A stretch of DNA of 64,000 nt from Gammaproteobacteria bacterium (GTDB lineage: Bacteria > Pseudomonadota > Gammaproteobacteria > Steroidobacterales > Steroidobacteraceae): NCBI GenBank assembly GCA_037443765.1, contig JBBINS010000002.1:7820-71819 (forward strand), read 5' to 3'. Of the stretch, positions 49,070-59,016 are shown piece after piece (the stretch's first letter is position 1; each line of letters opens with the position of its first letter). Under the pieces are notes generated by a model. It saw nothing but the letters and a program-made list of their open reading frames with translations. It had not been told where the DNA came from and did no database searches. The translations under genes and the position numbers were made by a program.

Positions 49070-49641
49070 TGCCCGCCCCTCGCCCGCACCCTATCACGGC
49101 CGCGGCCAGCCGGCCGCGAGAGGGTGTCGCGTGCCGGGAGTCCGCGCATCCCGCGCAACCGCCCCGACGATCCCGATTCCGGACGCCGCACAGGCGCCGA
49201 AGCGATCGGCGCTGCCGGCATGGGACCGCGAGACCTTGCGCGTGACGGCCGCGTGACCGCAGACGTCGGAATCGCGCCGAGCAAGGCTGCCCTCCGCCGG
49301 GATCGCGACGCCGGCCCGTGGATCCGCGACGTTCCGGCGCCCTGGATCGCCGTCACAGCCGGCACGCGACCGGCACCGGCGGAATGTCGCCCACGTCGGT
49401 TCGCGGATTCCGGGGTGTTGTTTCGAACGGGTGACTCCCATGCGGCGCCGCGCAACGCGACGGCGACACGCTTCGGGAGCCGTCGCGTCGGGGCGCGGAC
49501 GAGCCCCCGCTCACGGCCGAGCATTCGGTCCGCGTAGTATCTGCGATCCACGTGGGACGGATCGGCAGGGCACACCGCCCGTCGACCGTCGCGCGGCGGC
49601 CATTCCGGCCGGGCGACACAGGTCTGCGGAGTGCGGCCCAC

Positions 49642-50385
49642 ATGCGGAACATCCTGATCACCGGCGGCAGCCGCGGCATCGGTCGCGCGACGGCGCGTCT
49701 CTGCGGCGCGCGCGGCTGGGCTGTCGCGATCAGCTTTCGTCGTGACGAAGAGGCCGCGCGCGAGGCGGCTGCGGCGGTCGCGGCGTCGGGCGGCCGCGCG
49801 GTGACGATAAAGGGCGACGTGGCCGCGGAATCGGACGTCATTCGGGCTTTCGACGATGCGGAGGCGTCACTCGGGCAGCTCGACGGCGTCGTGATCAATG
49901 CAGGAATCGTCGCTCCGTCCCTCCCGCTCGCGGACATGACGGCCGAGCGCCTGCGGCGAATGCTCGAGGTCAACGTGTATGGCGCGTACCTCTGCGCGCG
50001 CGAATGTGCGCGGCGCTTGCCGAGCGACCGCGGTGGCCGCGGCGGATCGATCGTGCTCGTGTCGTCCGCCGCGTCGCGCCTCGGGTCCCCCTTCGAGTAC
50101 GTCGACTATGCGGCGTCCAAGGGGGCCCTCGACACGCTGACGATCGGCCTCAGCAAGGAACTCGGGCCGCAGGGCGTCCGGGTCAATGCCGTCCGTCCCG
50201 GGCTCATCGTGACCGACATCCACGCGAGCGGTGGCCAACCCGACCGGGCGCAGCGTCTCGGCTCCGCAACTCCACTCGGCCGCCCCGGGACGGCGGACGA
50301 GGTCGCCGAAGCCATCGTCTGGCTCCTTGGGAACGACGCGTCGTATGTCACCGGGGCGATCCTGGACGTCGCCGGCGGTCGCTAG
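49642..50385 (+). CDS. SDR family oxidoreductase
   Basis: TGGSRGIG cofactor motif and the YAASK catalytic motif. ATG at 49642. Confidence 0.9.
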   Translation: MRNILITGGSRGIGRATARLCGARGWAVAISFRRDEEAAREAAAAVAASGGRAVTIKGDVAAESDVIRAFDDAEASLGQLDGVVINAGIVAPSLPLADMTAERLRRMLEVNVYGAYLCARECARRLPSDRGGRGGSIVLVSSAASRLGSPFEYVDYAASKGALDTLTIGLSKELGPQGVRVNAVRPGLIVTDIHASGGQPDRAQRLGSATPLGRPGTADEVAEAIVWLLGNDASYVTGAILDVAGGR

Positions 50386-50685
50386 TACCCGCGAACACGA
50401 CGCGCCGCCACACCCACGCCGCTGACGCGCCCAGCGATCGGCCGCGCGCGCGACCGCTGCCGGCCCCTGGGGCGCGCCCGGACCGCCGGAACGCGCCGTC
50501 CACGGCACTCCGAGCGCACCCCGGCGACCGGCCGCACCGGGATCCCGCTGCACCGAACGGTCCGCTGGCGGTGGCAAGCCCGCCGCGTCCGGGGCTTCGA
50601 CAAGCACGGATTGCCGCCATCGGTGCGCGGGACTATTCGGGATGGGTGGCCTTGTGAATTCATCCGATCTCATCGGCGACGCACC

Positions 50686-51873
50686 ATGGACCGCCCGCTT
50701 CGTTGGAAACTGATCGTGCTCTTGGCGGCCGGAACCGCGGTCGTCGTCGGCGGCGGCACGTACTGGCTCGCGAACCGTGCCGCCGCACCGAGTTACGAGG
50801 CGGCGGCGGCCACGCGGGGGGACGTCACCACGACGATCACCGCCAGCGGCTCCGTCAATCCGGTGGTGATCGTCTCCGTGGGTACCTACGTGTCCGGGAC
50901 CATCGAGACCCTCAGCTGCGATTACAACACCCGGGTCCACAAAGGGCAGCGGTGCGCCAAGATCGACCCGAAGCCGTATCAAGTCATCGTGGACGAGGAT
51001 CAGGCAGACCTCGACGTTGCCAAGGCCCAACTCGTCAAGGACCAGGCCAACGTCGCCTATGCGAAGGTCAGCCACGAGCGTGCCGATCTCCTCTACAGCC
51101 AGGACTCGACGTCGCACGATGCCGTGGACGCGGCGCTCAATGCCTACCAGCAGGCCGTCGCTGTCGTCGGGCTCGACACCGCCCAGATCGCACAGAAGGC
51201 CGCGGCGCTCAGGGCCGCGCGGATCAATCTCGAATACACCGACATCGTCTCGCCGGTTGACGGCACCGTGGTGTCGCGCAGCGTCACCGCCGGACAGACC
51301 GTCGCCGCGAGCTTCCAGACGCCAACTCTCTTTCTCATTGCCACCGATCTGACGAAGATGCAGGTCGACACCAACGTCAGCGAGTCGGACATCGCCGGCG
51401 CCACGGTCGGCGCGACCGCGACGTTCACCGTCGACGCGTTCCCGAAGCTGACGTTCCAGGGGCGCGTGACGCAGGTTCGACAGGCACCCGTCAGCGTGCA
51501 GAACGTGATCACCTACGACGCCGTAATCACGGTCGACAATCCCGATCTGCTGCTCAAGCCCGGAATGACGGCCACTGCCCGCATCGTCACCGCGCAGTCG
51601 CCGAACGTGCTCCGAGTCCCATCGCAGGCGCTGCGGTTCGCGCCGTCGGCGGCCTCCCGACCGGGACTCGCCAAGACCGCCGGGCCGCCCGAGCGGCTGA
51701 TCTGGGTGACGCGCGCCGGCAAGCTGGTCCCGGTCGCCGTCACCGTAGGACTCGTCGGCGACGCGTTCGCCGAAATCGTGGCCGGCGACCTCAGGCCCGG
51801 AGATCTGGTCGTCACATCGGAGACTTCCGCCGCAGCGCCCCGCGCGTCCTCGAGCCCACCGCCGAGGCTGTAG
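50686..51873 (+). CDS. macA: Efflux periplasmic adaptor (HlyD/MacA family)
   Basis: TM anchor, lipoyl/barrel motifs and a coiled-coil hairpin. It sits directly upstream of macB. Confidence 0.85.
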   Translation: MDRPLRWKLIVLLAAGTAVVVGGGTYWLANRAAAPSYEAAAATRGDVTTTITASGSVNPVVIVSVGTYVSGTIETLSCDYNTRVHKGQRCAKIDPKPYQVIVDEDQADLDVAKAQLVKDQANVAYAKVSHERADLLYSQDSTSHDAVDAALNAYQQAVAVVGLDTAQIAQKAAALRAARINLEYTDIVSPVDGTVVSRSVTAGQTVAASFQTPTLFLIATDLTKMQVDTNVSESDIAGATVGATATFTVDAFPKLTFQGRVTQVRQAPVSVQNVITYDAVITVDNPDLLLKPGMTATARIVTAQSPNVLRVPSQALRFAPSAASRPGLAKTAGPPERLIWVTRAGKLVPVAVTVGLVGDAFAEIVAGDLRPGDLVVTSETSAAAPRASSSPPPRL

Positions 51874-51886
51874 GAGGCCGGCCGCC

Positions 51887-54004
51887 ATGACCGACCCCGT
51901 TGTCCGTCTCAGCGAGCTGACCCGAACGTTCCAGCTCGGGGACACCGCGGTGCACGCCGTGCAGGCCGTCAGCGTCTCGGTCGATCGCGGCGAGTTCCTC
52001 GCCATCATGGGCTCGTCCGGGTCGGGGAAGTCGACGATGATGAACATCGTCGGCTGCCTCGACCGGCCGACGAGCGGACAGTTCTTCTTCGAAGGCCGCG
52101 ACGTCGCCCGGCTGTCGGAGCCGGAACTGGCCGACATCCGCAGCACGCGTATCGGCTTCGTGTTTCAGAGCTTCAATCTGCTCGCCCGCACGAGCGCGCT
52201 CGAGAATGTCGTCCTGCCGCTGCTGTACGGGGCGGCGGCGGCGCTCACTTCGACCGAGCGCCTCGAGCGCGGACGCGCCATGCTCGCCCGCGTCGGTCTG
52301 GCGGACCGAGCGCGCAACACGCCGAACCAGCTGTCGGGGGGGCAGCAGCAACGCATTGCGCTGGCGCGTGCGCTGATCAACCATCCCGCCGTTCTGCTCG
52401 CCGATGAGCCGACGGGAAACCTCGACTCGCGCACGTCCCACGAGATCATGGAGATCATTCGCCGGCTGAATCGCGAGCAGAGCGTCACGGTGATCGTGGT
52501 CACGCACGAGCCCGACATCGCGGCGTACGCGGACCGGGTCCTCGTGATGCGCGACGGACGGATCATTTCCGACGAACGCCAGACGGCCGTCGCGACCGCG
52601 GACCGGGCCGATGCGGGCGCCGTCCCGACGGCCGCTGCGGCCGCGGTCCGCGACGCCGCTCCCGACTCCGCTCCCGACGGCGCGAACGGGGTTCGCGCCG
52701 CGTTCCTGTCGATGATCATGTCCGCGTCGCTGCAGGCCTTGGCCCGCAACAAGCTCCGGTCGGCGCTGACGATGCTCGGTGTCTTCATCGGCGTGGCCGC
52801 GCTCATCGCGATGGTGGCCATCGGCGACGGCGCAAGCGCCGCGGTCCGCAAGCAACTCGAAAGCCTGGGGACGAATATGGTCGTGGTTCAGCCGGGCGCC
52901 ACGACCACCGGCGGCGTCCGCGCCGGCGCGGGCAGTGCCTCGACGCTGACCGTGGTCGACGCGAATGCGATCCTGCGCGAAGACCCTGCCGTCCAACGGG
53001 TCAGCTACCTGACTCGCCAGGCCGGCCAGGTCGAGTACGGCGACCGGAACTGGAGCACCGCGATTCAGGGCGTGACGCCCAGTTACCTGGACATCGTCAG
53101 CTGGCACATCGCGCGCGGCGACGCGATGACCGAGCAACAGAACGACGCGGCCGAAGTCGTCTGCCTGATCGGCGCGACGGTGCATCAGAACCTGTTCCCG
53201 GCGGGCGAGGATCCCGTCGGCGCGACGATCCTGATCAAAGGCGTCCCGATGCGGGTCATCGCGCTCCTCGCTGCCAAGGGGCAAACGGGCTTCGGGCAGG
53301 ATCAGGACGACGTGGTCATGATTCCGTTCACGACGGCCGAGCGCAAGGTGCTTGGTGTGGCGGCGCCGCAAACCGCCCAGAACCTCGTCAGCGCCAACTA
53401 TCCCGTGGCGGCAAACCCGCTGGGGATCAGCCCGCGAATGACCGGCTACGTCAACAGCATCTACGTCCAGGCCGAGCGCGCCGATCTGGTGATCACTGCG
53501 ATCAATCAGGTTCGCGCGACGCTGGCGCGTCGCCACCACATTCGCAGCGGGCAACTGGACGATTTCAGCGTGCGCAACCTCAGTCAGATCGCGCAGGCCC
53601 AGGAGGGCAGCAGCCGGGTCATGGCCGCGCTGCTCGCGATGGTTGCGTCGATCTCGCTGCTGGTCGGCGGCATCGGCATCATGAACATCCTGCTCGTGTC
53701 GGTCACGGAGAGGACAAGGGAGATCGGCATCCGCATGGCGATCGGAGCACATCGCCTGCAGGTGCTGCTCCAGTTCCTCGCCGAGTCGGTGCTGCTGAGC
53801 GTGACGGGCGGCGTGGCCGGAATCCTGTTCGGACTGCTGGTATCGTTCGTCGTCTCCAAGCTTTCGCACTGGCCAACGCAGGTATCGCTCGCCGCAGCCC
53901 TCGGCGGCTTCGCGTTCTCGGCGGCAGTGGGAATATTCTTCGGCTACTATCCCGCGCGCAAAGCGGCCGACCTCAATCCAATCGACGCGCTCCGCTACGA
54001 ATAG
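51887..54004 (+). CDS. macB: MacB-type ABC transporter, fused ATPase-permease
   Basis: Walker A GSSGSGKST, signature LSGGQQQR, Walker B LLADEPT, and an FtsX-type permease with a large periplasmic loop. Confidence 0.93.
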   Translation: MTDPVVRLSELTRTFQLGDTAVHAVQAVSVSVDRGEFLAIMGSSGSGKSTMMNIVGCLDRPTSGQFFFEGRDVARLSEPELADIRSTRIGFVFQSFNLLARTSALENVVLPLLYGAAAALTSTERLERGRAMLARVGLADRARNTPNQLSGGQQQRIALARALINHPAVLLADEPTGNLDSRTSHEIMEIIRRLNREQSVTVIVVTHEPDIAAYADRVLVMRDGRIISDERQTAVATADRADAGAVPTAAAAAVRDAAPDSAPDGANGVRAAFLSMIMSASLQALARNKLRSALTMLGVFIGVAALIAMVAIGDGASAAVRKQLESLGTNMVVVQPGATTTGGVRAGAGSASTLTVVDANAILREDPAVQRVSYLTRQAGQVEYGDRNWSTAIQGVTPSYLDIVSWHIARGDAMTEQQNDAAEVVCLIGATVHQNLFPAGEDPVGATILIKGVPMRVIALLAAKGQTGFGQDQDDVVMIPFTTAERKVLGVAAPQTAQNLVSANYPVAANPLGISPRMTGYVNSIYVQAERADLVITAINQVRATLARRHHIRSGQLDDFSVRNLSQIAQAQEGSSRVMAALLAMVASISLLVGGIGIMNILLVSVTERTREIGIRMAIGAHRLQVLLQFLAESVLLSVTGGVAGILFGLLVSFVVSKLSHWPTQVSLAAALGGFAFSAAVGIFFGYYPARKAADLNPIDALRYE

Positions 54005-54166
54005 GCCCGCGGGCGCCGGCGACGCCCGTTGCGCAGTCGATCGGCGGATTGGCTCCCGGCAGGATTCGCCGCTATCCCGTGGGGCCGAGGCGCCGTGGCC
54101 GGCGATGGACGACCGCCATGCCATTGCCGCCACGGCGACCGGCTGCGGCGCGCAGCGCCGCGACGG

Positions 54167-55538
54167 CTACTGCTCGACGATCCGATCCAGAAAGTCCCCC
54201 GCCGCCGCCAGGTAGGTCGCGATATCGCCATCCGTGTGCGCGATCGAGGCCTGCGGCCCGGCTGCGGCGACGGCATCCCATATTCCGTGGTTCGCCATGA
54301 ACACGCGCCGCGCGTCGATGATCTCGTAGTCTAGTGAGCGAAAGCCGTCCGTTCCGGTCCGCGGCAGTTGCGGCTCGAGGCAATACCCGGAGCGGGGACC
54401 GCACCTGAACGCCTTCCACGGCAATTGGCGTCGGACAAAGGCGGCGTCCAGACCATCCGCCAGCGCCGCCCCGAGCGAGCGGACACGCTCGTAGGCATCG
54501 GCGATCATGACCTCCTCGAGAACCACCCGCGCGACCGCCGTCGCGAGCGCGCTTCCGTACGTGGTGCCGCCGGTGGCGATGCCTCGCGGGCCGATATCCA
54601 CGTCGAGGTGCTTGGCAAAGCAGTCCGCGACCTCGTCGCGCATCCCGTAGAGGCGAACGACACTCCGCTGCCGAGGCCTTTCCCCAGCACAGCGAAGTCG
54701 GGCGCCAGATGCCATGCGCGGCTGAGACCGCCAAACGCAAACTGGAACGTGTGCGCCTCATCGATGCAGAGCATCGAGCAGTATCGCCGCGTCAATTCCC
54801 GGACCCCGCGATGGAAGCCCTGGTCGGGCATGATCAGGTTGCCGTTCGTCATCACGGGTTCGGTCAGCACGAGCGCGACGTCGGCCGCCGACAGGGCCCG
54901 CTCGAGAGCGTCGAGGTCGTTGAACGGCAGGATCGTCGTGTGCGCTGCCGACCCGGGCGACAGGCCCGCCGTGTCCGGCACGCTCCTTCCGTCCTCCTCG
55001 CGGACGAGCGTCTCCTCGATATGCCCGTGGTAGTGCCCCCCGAAGATCACGATGCGCGGTCGCTTGGTCATGAACCGCCGATCCGGATGACCTCCGTATT
55101 GGATCCCGAGGCCGAAAGCGTGAATTGCCAGAACGGCAGCCCCATCCGCTCGGCAAGGATCTCGCTCACGGCGATCGCGTCTTCCGTCGGCAGCAGAAAA
55201 TGGGCACCCCGCCTCGCCTGCGCAGCGAGAGCGTCCGCCACGGCCTCGTTGCCATAGCCGATCGTCATGCTGAGATCGCACAGGTTGAAGTCGAGGTAGT
55301 CGTTGCCATCCACGTCGGTGAAGCGCGCGCCGCTTCCGGCCGCGATATAGATCGGCGGCGTCCGGTAGAGGCCCGACATCCAGGACATCGGCACGCCCAG
55401 AGGCAGATGCACACTTGCCCGCTGCCGGAGGGAGCGGGAACGGGTCGTCCGTTGCGCGAATTGGCGGTCCTCGGAAAGTCGCAGTGCGGCCAATCGGCGC
55501 CGGTCGACCATCGCCGCATGCCGATTCGAAGTGCTCAT
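54167..55538 (-). pseudogene. Class-III (GSA-aminomutase-like) aminotransferase interrupted by two frame changes
   Basis: N-terminal, middle and C-terminal thirds lie in three different minus-strand frames (ORFs 55068..55559, 54505..55887 and 54167..54715). The junctions are near 55078 (..NTEVIRI / RFMTKRPRIVIFGGHYHG) and near 54648 (..VLGKGLGSGVSF / LYGMRDEVAD). Confidence 0.7.
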
Positions 55539-55890
55539 CGGTTCCCCTGCCGACCTCACGGGCTCGAAAATGCGCCGTGGCCGCGACGGGCAACACTATC
55601 TCACGAACTCCGCCCCACGGAGGCACCCCGCCGTTGCGCGAAATGCAGCATTCAGCGCCGCTCACGCGACGGGCGCTTCGCGGATCCCCAGCTCTGCCGT
55701 TCCGCGGTCGCAGGGGCGGTACGCGGCGCCGACGCGGTGTCGCGAACCGGAGCTGCGGCGCCGGCTGCATCCGCGCGGGGAACCGGAAGCGGCCCGGCCG
55801 ATCCGGGCGCCGATCCAGCCGCCGGCCGGCGGTGTCCGAGCGAGTGTCGCCCACTTCGCCCCGGCCGCTGCCGCCGTCGGCACCCATGAC

Positions 55891-55920
55891 TTGACAGGCA
55901 AGTCCGCGCTTGCATATTAT
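55891..55920 (+). promoter_or_regulatory. Sigma70-type promoter of the arsR operon (TTGACA-18 nt-TATTAT)
   Basis: TTGACA at 55891..55896 and TATTAT at 55915..55920, 30 nt upstream of the arsR ATG. Confidence 0.5.
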
Positions 55921-55940
55921 TTCGGCAAGTACTCACTTGC
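55898..55940. promoter_or_regulatory. Two inverted repeats (GCAAG-N6-CTTGC and GCAAGT-N4-ACTTGC), candidate ArsR-type operators
   Basis: The first repeat (55898..55913) lies in the promoter spacer. The second (55925..55940) lies between the -10 element and the start codon. Confidence 0.45.
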
Positions 55941-55949
55941 GTATAGGCC

Positions 55950-56282
55950 ATGGCGGAGCGCCGCGACACCGACTTGCTGTTCAAGGCCCTGGGCGATCCG
56001 AGCCGCCGCAAGCTGCTGGATCTGCTGCACGCGAATGACGGGCGCACGCTCCGCGAGCTGTGCGAACACCTGGACATGACGCGGCAGGGCGTGACGCAGC
56101 ACCTCGAACTGCTGGAAGCGTCGAACCTGGTGACCACGGTACGGCGCGGCCGCGAGAAGCTGCACTTCCTCAATCCAGTACCGCTGCAGGAAATCTACGA
56201 GCGCTGGATTGCCAAGTTCGAAAAGCCGCGCCTCAAGGCGCTCTCGGATCTGAAACGACGTCTGGAGAAAGGCAATGGCTAG
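55950..56282 (+). CDS. ArsR/SmtB family transcriptional regulator
   Basis: LFKALGDPSRRKLLDLL ... LCEHLDMTRQGVTQHLELL winged HTH. Confidence 0.88.
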   Translation: MAERRDTDLLFKALGDPSRRKLLDLLHANDGRTLRELCEHLDMTRQGVTQHLELLEASNLVTTVRRGREKLHFLNPVPLQEIYERWIAKFEKPRLKALSDLKRRLEKGNG

Positions 56283-56712
56283 ATCGACCTTCGTCTACGT
56301 CACGTACATCCGCACGACGCCCGAGAAGTTGTGGTCGGCACTGACCGACGACTCGGAATTCATGAAGCAGTACTGGTTCGGCGTGCACTGCCAAAGCCAG
56401 TGGACGGCGGGATCGGCGTGGAGGATGGTGTCCGCCGACGGCCAGATCCTCGATGCCGGCGAGATCGTGGAGGCCGACCCCCCGCGGCGCCTCGTGATCC
56501 GCTGGCGGCACCAGAAGAGACCCGAACTCGCGGCCGAAGGCGAGTCGCTGTGCACGATGGAACTGGAGCGAAGCGGAGCGGCGGTCAAGCTTTCCATCAC
56601 CCACTCCATCGAGTGCGATCCGTCGAAGCTGATCGCGGCGGTGTCCGGCGGGTGGCCGAAGATCCTCTCCAACCTGAAATCCCTGTTAGAGACCGGCTCC
56701 GTCGTCCTGTAG
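56275..56712 (+). CDS. SRPBCC/AHSA1-like domain protein
   Basis: 145 aa overlapping the arsR stop by 8 nt. PEKLWSALTD... is typical of AHSA1-type partners of ArsR regulators. Confidence 0.85.
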   Translation: MARSTFVYVTYIRTTPEKLWSALTDDSEFMKQYWFGVHCQSQWTAGSAWRMVSADGQILDAGEIVEADPPRRLVIRWRHQKRPELAAEGESLCTMELERSGAAVKLSITHSIECDPSKLIAAVSGGWPKILSNLKSLLETGSVVL

Positions 56713-56783
56713 GGATGGGTTGTCGGACCGATATCACCGTTGGATGGCACGCCGAGCGAGCGACGTCGACAAAGGAGGCTGGC

Positions 56784-57548
56784 ATGGCGACGATTCCGAG
56801 GCTTCTTGGGGCGCTGACGGCACTGACCGTTGCTGCCGGCGTGAACGCGCAGCCGACGTCGTCGCCGTCGCCGGCCGCGACGATCGTCCTCGTTCACGGC
56901 GCTCTCATCGACGGGTCGAGTTGGAAGGGCGTCTACGACGTCCTGACGAGGGACGGATATCGCGTCCGAATCGTGCAGCAGCCGCTCACCGGGCTCGACG
57001 AGGACGTGGCTGCAACTAAGCGCGTCCTCGACCAAGAGGACGGCCCGATAATCCTTGTCGGCCACAGCTACGGCGGCTCGATCATCACCGTCGCCGGCGT
57101 CGACCCCAAGGTGAAGGCGCTGGTCTACGTGGCCGCTCTGCAACCCGACGTCGGGGAGTCCAGCGGCGAGGTGGCTCCCCCCATGCCGCCGGCGAGCCAT
57201 GATCTGAAGCCGACCAAGGACGGCTTCGTGTTCCTCGATCCCGCCAGGTTCGCCGCCGACTTTGGCGCCGACCTGCCGAGAGCGAGGGCCGAGTTCATGG
57301 CGCGCTCGCAGATGCCGGTGGCCGGCGCCGCCTTCAGCGCCAAGCTGCCCGCCGCCGCCTGGCGCGACAAGCCGAGCTACGCGATCATCGCAACCGAGGA
57401 CCGTGCGCTGGACCCCGCAGTTGCGCGGCGGATGGCCGAGCGCGCCCGGTCAAAGGTGACGGCCGTGCAGGCGAGTCACGCCGTCCTCATCTCCCACCCC
57501 CGGGCCGTCGCCCGGGTCATCGAGGCCGCCGCTCGCGACGTCGAATGA
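56784..57548 (+). CDS. Secreted alpha/beta hydrolase
   Basis: AAAGGAGG Shine-Dalgarno at 56771..56778, a signal peptide, and the LVHGALIDGSSW and GHSYGG motifs. Confidence 0.85.
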   Translation: MATIPRLLGALTALTVAAGVNAQPTSSPSPAATIVLVHGALIDGSSWKGVYDVLTRDGYRVRIVQQPLTGLDEDVAATKRVLDQEDGPIILVGHSYGGSIITVAGVDPKVKALVYVAALQPDVGESSGEVAPPMPPASHDLKPTKDGFVFLDPARFAADFGADLPRARAEFMARSQMPVAGAAFSAKLPAAAWRDKPSYAIIATEDRALDPAVARRMAERARSKVTAVQASHAVLISHPRAVARVIEAAARDVE

Positions 57549-57664
57549 ACCGCCGCGCCGGACTGTCCTGCGGCCGTAGTGCGGGCCCGCAACGATCGCC
57601 CGTGCCCGAGTCTCCGGCTTGCGCGGACTTGAGGCAGCTGCGATTGCCGGCTGCCAAAAAGCGA

Positions 57665-57688
57665 AGACCCTGGCCTACGCCAGGGTCT
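57665..57688 (-). terminator. Orphan intrinsic-terminator-like hairpin (minus-strand orientation)
   Basis: AGACCCTGG-cctacg-CCAGGGTCT is a 9-bp stem. Read on the minus strand it is followed by TCGCTTTTTGG. Confidence 0.35.
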
Positions 57689-57721
57689 CCATACAAGACA
57701 GTCGAAGCTCGTCAGGCCGAA

Positions 57722-58087
57722 CGGCGTCTGCGCATCACCCTGCGGGACTACGCGCGTTTTGGCCTGTTGATCGCGAAAGGCGATTCTGGGCCCGCGGGCA
57801 CCGTGCTGCCGGCGGGGTGGATCGACAAAGCCCAAACGCCGGTATGGCCTGCAACTGATGAGGGTTCCGGCATAGGTTGGTTTTGGTGGGTGCGCCAGGA
57901 CGGAGGGTACGAGGCCCAGGGCGCCTACGGTCAGTCGATCACCATTTATCCCAAGGACGATGTCGTCATTGCCATCAACTCGGCCACGAGCAACCCGCAT
58001 GGGTTTGGCCTTGTTCGCTGGAGACTCTTGCAGGCGCTTGACGCTGCCGCGGTCGGCCGGTCAGATCCGAACGACACGACGAAGTAG
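57722..58087 (+). pseudogene. 3' fragment of a beta-lactamase-related serine hydrolase
   Basis: Only the C-terminal ~120 aa look homologous (TLRDYARFGLLIAKGD..., GIGWFWW, AQGAYGQSITIYPKDDVVIAINS). There is no SxxK-containing N-terminal part in any frame upstream. Confidence 0.5.
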
Positions 58088-58311
58088 CGCCAAAATCGTC
58101 ACCCGTGACCGGCAGCAACGAGTCGGAAGCGGCTGGTTTGCACCCCGCCCATTCTTCGCCGCAGATTATCCTGAGCCGCGGTCGACGATAGACTTCCGGT
58201 AGACGTCAGCGCCGATCACGCTCTGGATTTTTCTGCAGAACCAGGCGGGGTCTTGTCTGAGGACGCCGCTAACCAGCGGATTTCTTGACGGAATTCTCGG
58301 TATAGCTTCCG

Positions 58312-58425
58312 CTACGCCTTCTCCCCCACCGGTAACTCCGCGATTTTGAAGGGCACCCCACACCCTCCAATCCCGCAGTGCCCAATTGGATTCTTCGCCA
58401 GATATTGCTGATGATAGTCGGCGCT
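58312..58425 (-). pseudogene. msrA: 3' remnant of msrA (peptide-methionine-S-oxide reductase)
   Basis: The minus strand reads ..[37 protein letters not shown] then stop, which matches the MsrA C-terminal signature (DYHQQYL.KNP.GYCG.GG.GV). An upstream stop at 58456..58458 leaves no catalytic N-terminus. Confidence 0.6.
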
Positions 58426-58560
58426 TAGAATGGCTTGGCCAAGTAAATCAGCGCGTTATGCGGCCGCTGGAGATTGGTCGGTCGAATTCCAGTAGACGTT
58501 AAAGTCGTTCCGCCGGTAGACCTACCATCCGCATTTCCAGTCTGAGAAGCTCAATCGGTA

Positions 58561-58578
58561 GACATCCTATAGGATGTC
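58561..58578. promoter_or_regulatory. Perfect 18-bp palindrome GACATCCTATAGGATGTC, candidate toxin-antitoxin operator
   Basis: Ends 15 nt before the PIN toxin ATG. CATAAT follows at 58580..58585. Confidence 0.5.
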
Positions 58579-58593
58579 ACATAATATTTCGCA

Positions 58594-59016
58594 ATGCGCG
58601 TAGTACTCGATACCTCCGTCTTGGTGGCAGGACTTCGGAGCCAGCTCGGAGCTGGTAGCCGAGTGCTGTACGCGGTAGCCGAACGGCGTTGCATACCTCT
58701 CGTTACAACGGCTGTATTCCTTGAGTATGAGGCAGTGCTGCTGCGATCAGAGCAACGGTTGGCAACAGGCATGAGTCCGGAGGATGTCGAAGGATTCCTC
58801 TCGGCATTCGCCAGCGCAGCAGAACCGGTCGAACTCAATTTCCTGTGGCGCCCGCAACTTCGCGATCCGGCTGACGAGTTGATGCTGGAGGCCGCAGTGA
58901 ACGGGCGAGCAGAGGCACTAGTAACCCACAACATCGGCGATTTTCAGTCGGCAACAGAACGCTTCGGTGTCAGAACCCTGACTCCAGGCGCGTTTCTCAA
59001 GGAGCTAGCAAAATGA
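58594..59016 (+). CDS. PIN-domain toxin (PIN_3/TIGR00305-like)
   Basis: MRVVLDTSVLVAG start with conserved acidic residues (D6, E44-region, D92-region, and the NIGDF tail). Confidence 0.85.
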   Translation: MRVVLDTSVLVAGLRSQLGAGSRVLYAVAERRCIPLVTTAVFLEYEAVLLRSEQRLATGMSPEDVEGFLSAFASAAEPVELNFLWRPQLRDPADELMLEAAVNGRAEALVTHNIGDFQSATERFGVRTLTPGAFLKELAK

